From Blasia pusilla (lineage: Eukaryota), in contig CM114271.1 of NCBI GenBank assembly GCA_050084515.1, positions 8,742,001 to 8,806,000 of the forward strand: a DNA stretch of 64,000 nucleotides, written 5' to 3'. The translations under genes and the position numbers were made by a program. Under the pieces are notes generated by a model, which was given only the letters and a program-made list of their open reading frames with translations, had not been told where the DNA came from and did not search any database. Positions 61,662 to 64,000 of the stretch are shown in pieces. Position 1 is the stretch's first letter. Each line of letters starts with the position of its first letter.

Positions 61662-64000
61662 GGGGGCTGGTATTCTGGCAGGAGAGAGTAAGAGAGGAGA
61701 GGTGTGATACCCACAATTTTGTAATCTTGAAGAATATATCTTTTTATTCAACAAAGACTCTTGTATATTATGATTATGATTATGATTATTTATTATTATG
61801 AGGAAGAATAAGTGAATCACTAAGCTCCTGGGACAAGGTAGAGAGATGGAAGATCAAGGATTTGCCTTAGAGGAGAGGAAAACGCAATAACAAAGTCTCA
61901 AGACTCAGAATGAAGCTTAACGAAGCTCAATGAAGATGTACGAAGCTCTATTTTTTAAGTGCTTCGCTACATAACGAAGCATCATGAAGAAAAGAAGAAA
62001 GAAGTACTTTGCTCTTTAACGAAGCGCGAAGCACAGGAAATAAGAACGAAGCATGGAGTACTTCATCCTCCTGAAGTCCAACGAAGCGAAGCTAAGAAGA
62101 ATTGTGATTTCAAGAGACACATGTTAAAACAGTTAGACTAGGAAAGGGCGTGACCCTTTGTATCAAATTGGTAGTTAGGATAGTTTTGTAGTGCGGATTC
62201 ACAGGGATCGTAGGAAAAGCTAAGAGAACCATAAATCTAGGTAGTTAGAAATAGTGAAGAGACACTAGCTTCATCAAGAAGGTTTCGAATCTTTGGATCA
62301 CTTCCACTCCAACGAATATTTAAGAAGCAAGGCAGAAGCCATAATCATCATTCTCTTACGAAGTCCTTATGTTGTAGGAGTGGTCCGAGCAAGACAGTAG
62401 TACCCTCTCGAGCTTGTATACACTTTGAAGCTTTCTCGTTCTTGATTGAGTAGTAAAGCAATCATTCATTCATTCTGATGTGCGATGCTTATGTCTGAGT
62501 ATTCTTTTTGGGTCTGCAGAGTGAAGAATGAATCAGGCGAACCTTTCTAATCAGTGAAATAATGAACCTGAGTTGTAAGAAATCTGTTTGACAGAGAGTA
62601 ACTTGCCGAGACGGATTGAGTTGCGAAAGTAGGAGAAGCCTGCTTTTGTGTTGAGATCTCTGTGAGGTTTCTTGATGTCGAGAGGAAAATCTACCTGAAC
62701 ATGCTGTCAATTCCACTAGAGAGCATCGAGAAAAGGTCATTTGGTACTAAGAAAGATCATAAGATATTGATAAGACATTGAATATAACTCACACACCTTT
62801 AAATACAACTATTACAACAGAATTGTAATTCCGAACTCTCTTTCCATCAAACCATGATCCTCTTGGGGATCGAACTTATTAAAACGACTATAAACTAGAA
62901 ACACTTGTACATTACAAGAGGAAGAGAGGAAGAGAGGAGAGTCTCTCTTAAAAAAAAAAAAGGCAGAATCCGCCTCCTCTCTTCAAAACTTTTTGACATT
63001 TTTGAAATTTTTGTTTGCTTTCAAATTCATGAAATCTTAAGAAGAGAGTAGCAAGTGGACCACATTGGGCCTAAAGTAACCTTCTTTTTCCAGGCTTGGA
63101 AAAACAAGTAGACATCATAAGACCACTACAAACATTCTTCCATCACTCTCCATGAGAGCTCAATTGTCTTCACATTACATGTCTAAGTCTACAGTAAGCC
63201 GGGCTTAGGGGTATTATTGTTGGAGGACCATCGGCAGATAATTTGACGAGAAGTAGCAATTTCATCTCAAGAAAAGGTTCAAATAAAGACTCTAACTATG
63301 GTCTCATTAGACTCCTGTGCCCTTCAAGGTTTAACTTCTCTGAAGGTGTGGTTGATATTATGGATTGTTGACTCTTCTTGCAAAAGGCATTAAATATCCC
63401 ATCCGATCAATACTCATCCATGAGGGGGTTTTCCACAACAGAACAAATCACTCATCACTGATGGTAGCCGAAGACTTTCATGACAACATTGGATGATGTT
63501 AGCTCATGAATGGTTGCATAAAGTATATCATGGAATGCTGTTCGTTTGACAACTTGGTTTCACCATTCTCTCAACCACTGAGAAATGTATGCATCAAGAA
63601 GAAAATGTGATCAGACTGAGAGGAAAATTGAACGAAAAGGTTGATAGCCTTCAAGAGTAAAGAGGAACTGATGCACCCATGTCCCTTCATTCAGACCCTA
63701 AATGTCGGAATCCAACAGGTTGCAACTCTTGCAACCCGTCGGAATCCGATGGGTTGCATCCCTTGCAAGCAAGCACACCACAACAAAAGAAGAATCTTGA
63801 CAAGTAATTCCATTCCACCGTGCAACCCATGAGAATCCGACAGGTTGGGAATCCGACAGGTAGTAGGAATCCAACACGTCTTTGAAATACTGTGTTAGAG
63901 AAGAATGGTGTGACGATAATGGGGGAACGAGGAAAAAGTGAAGAAGCATGCCAGAATGCCTGAAAAGTTGGACTAACAGGAAAAGAGTGGGATCACTCAA
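61662..64000 (+). mobile_element. Mutator-like element, copy 4: left end, continuing beyond the window
   Basis: GGGGGCTGGTATTCTGGCAGGAGAGAGTAAGAG at 61662; after the solo LTR, 62917-63230 matches 31070-31385; palindromes at ~63730-63860. Confidence 0.88.
61703..62916. mobile_element. Solo LTR (1214 bp) inserted into the left GA tract of copy 4
   Basis: TGTGAT...ATTACA ends and a perfect 5-bp TSD AGAGG (61698-61702 and 62917-62921); no coding capacity. Confidence 0.88.

Overview
Eukaryotic, transposon-dense DNA with no recognisable host gene. It is most likely a land plant and possibly a non-seed plant; this is inferred from CG/CHG-type decay, GT-AG introns and the LTR primer sites. From left to right: the 5' part of a Ty1/copia element on the minus strand (1-2915), then degraded LINE-like and scrambled repeats (about 5.7-13 kb). 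The rest is dominated by one ~12-kb Mutator-like (MULE) family with 9-bp target-site duplications (TSDs) and asymmetric GA-rich ends. There are three near-full copies (14674-26647; 31035-54779; and 42763-54732 nested in the right end of the second), a fourth copy starting at 61662 whose left end carries a solo LTR, and a ~0.5-kb non-autonomous derivative. Copies 2 and 3 split a Ty3/gypsy pol gene. Each near-full copy carries two divergent spliced genes. On the plus strand is a Zn-finger/DDE/SWIM transposase. On the minus strand is a large protein with a coiled coil, a ParB/Srx-like DGNHR domain and a C-terminal beta-class N6-adenine/N4-cytosine DNA methyltransferase-like domain with non-canonical motifs. 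The introns, intergenic spacer and subterminal regions, but not the exons, carry dozens of copies of a ~27-29-bp palindrome, GCAACCCGTCGGAnTCCGACGGGTTGC. This combination is the candidate undescribed system. All copies carry stops or frameshifts, and all domain calls come from motif recognition by eye, not from database searches.
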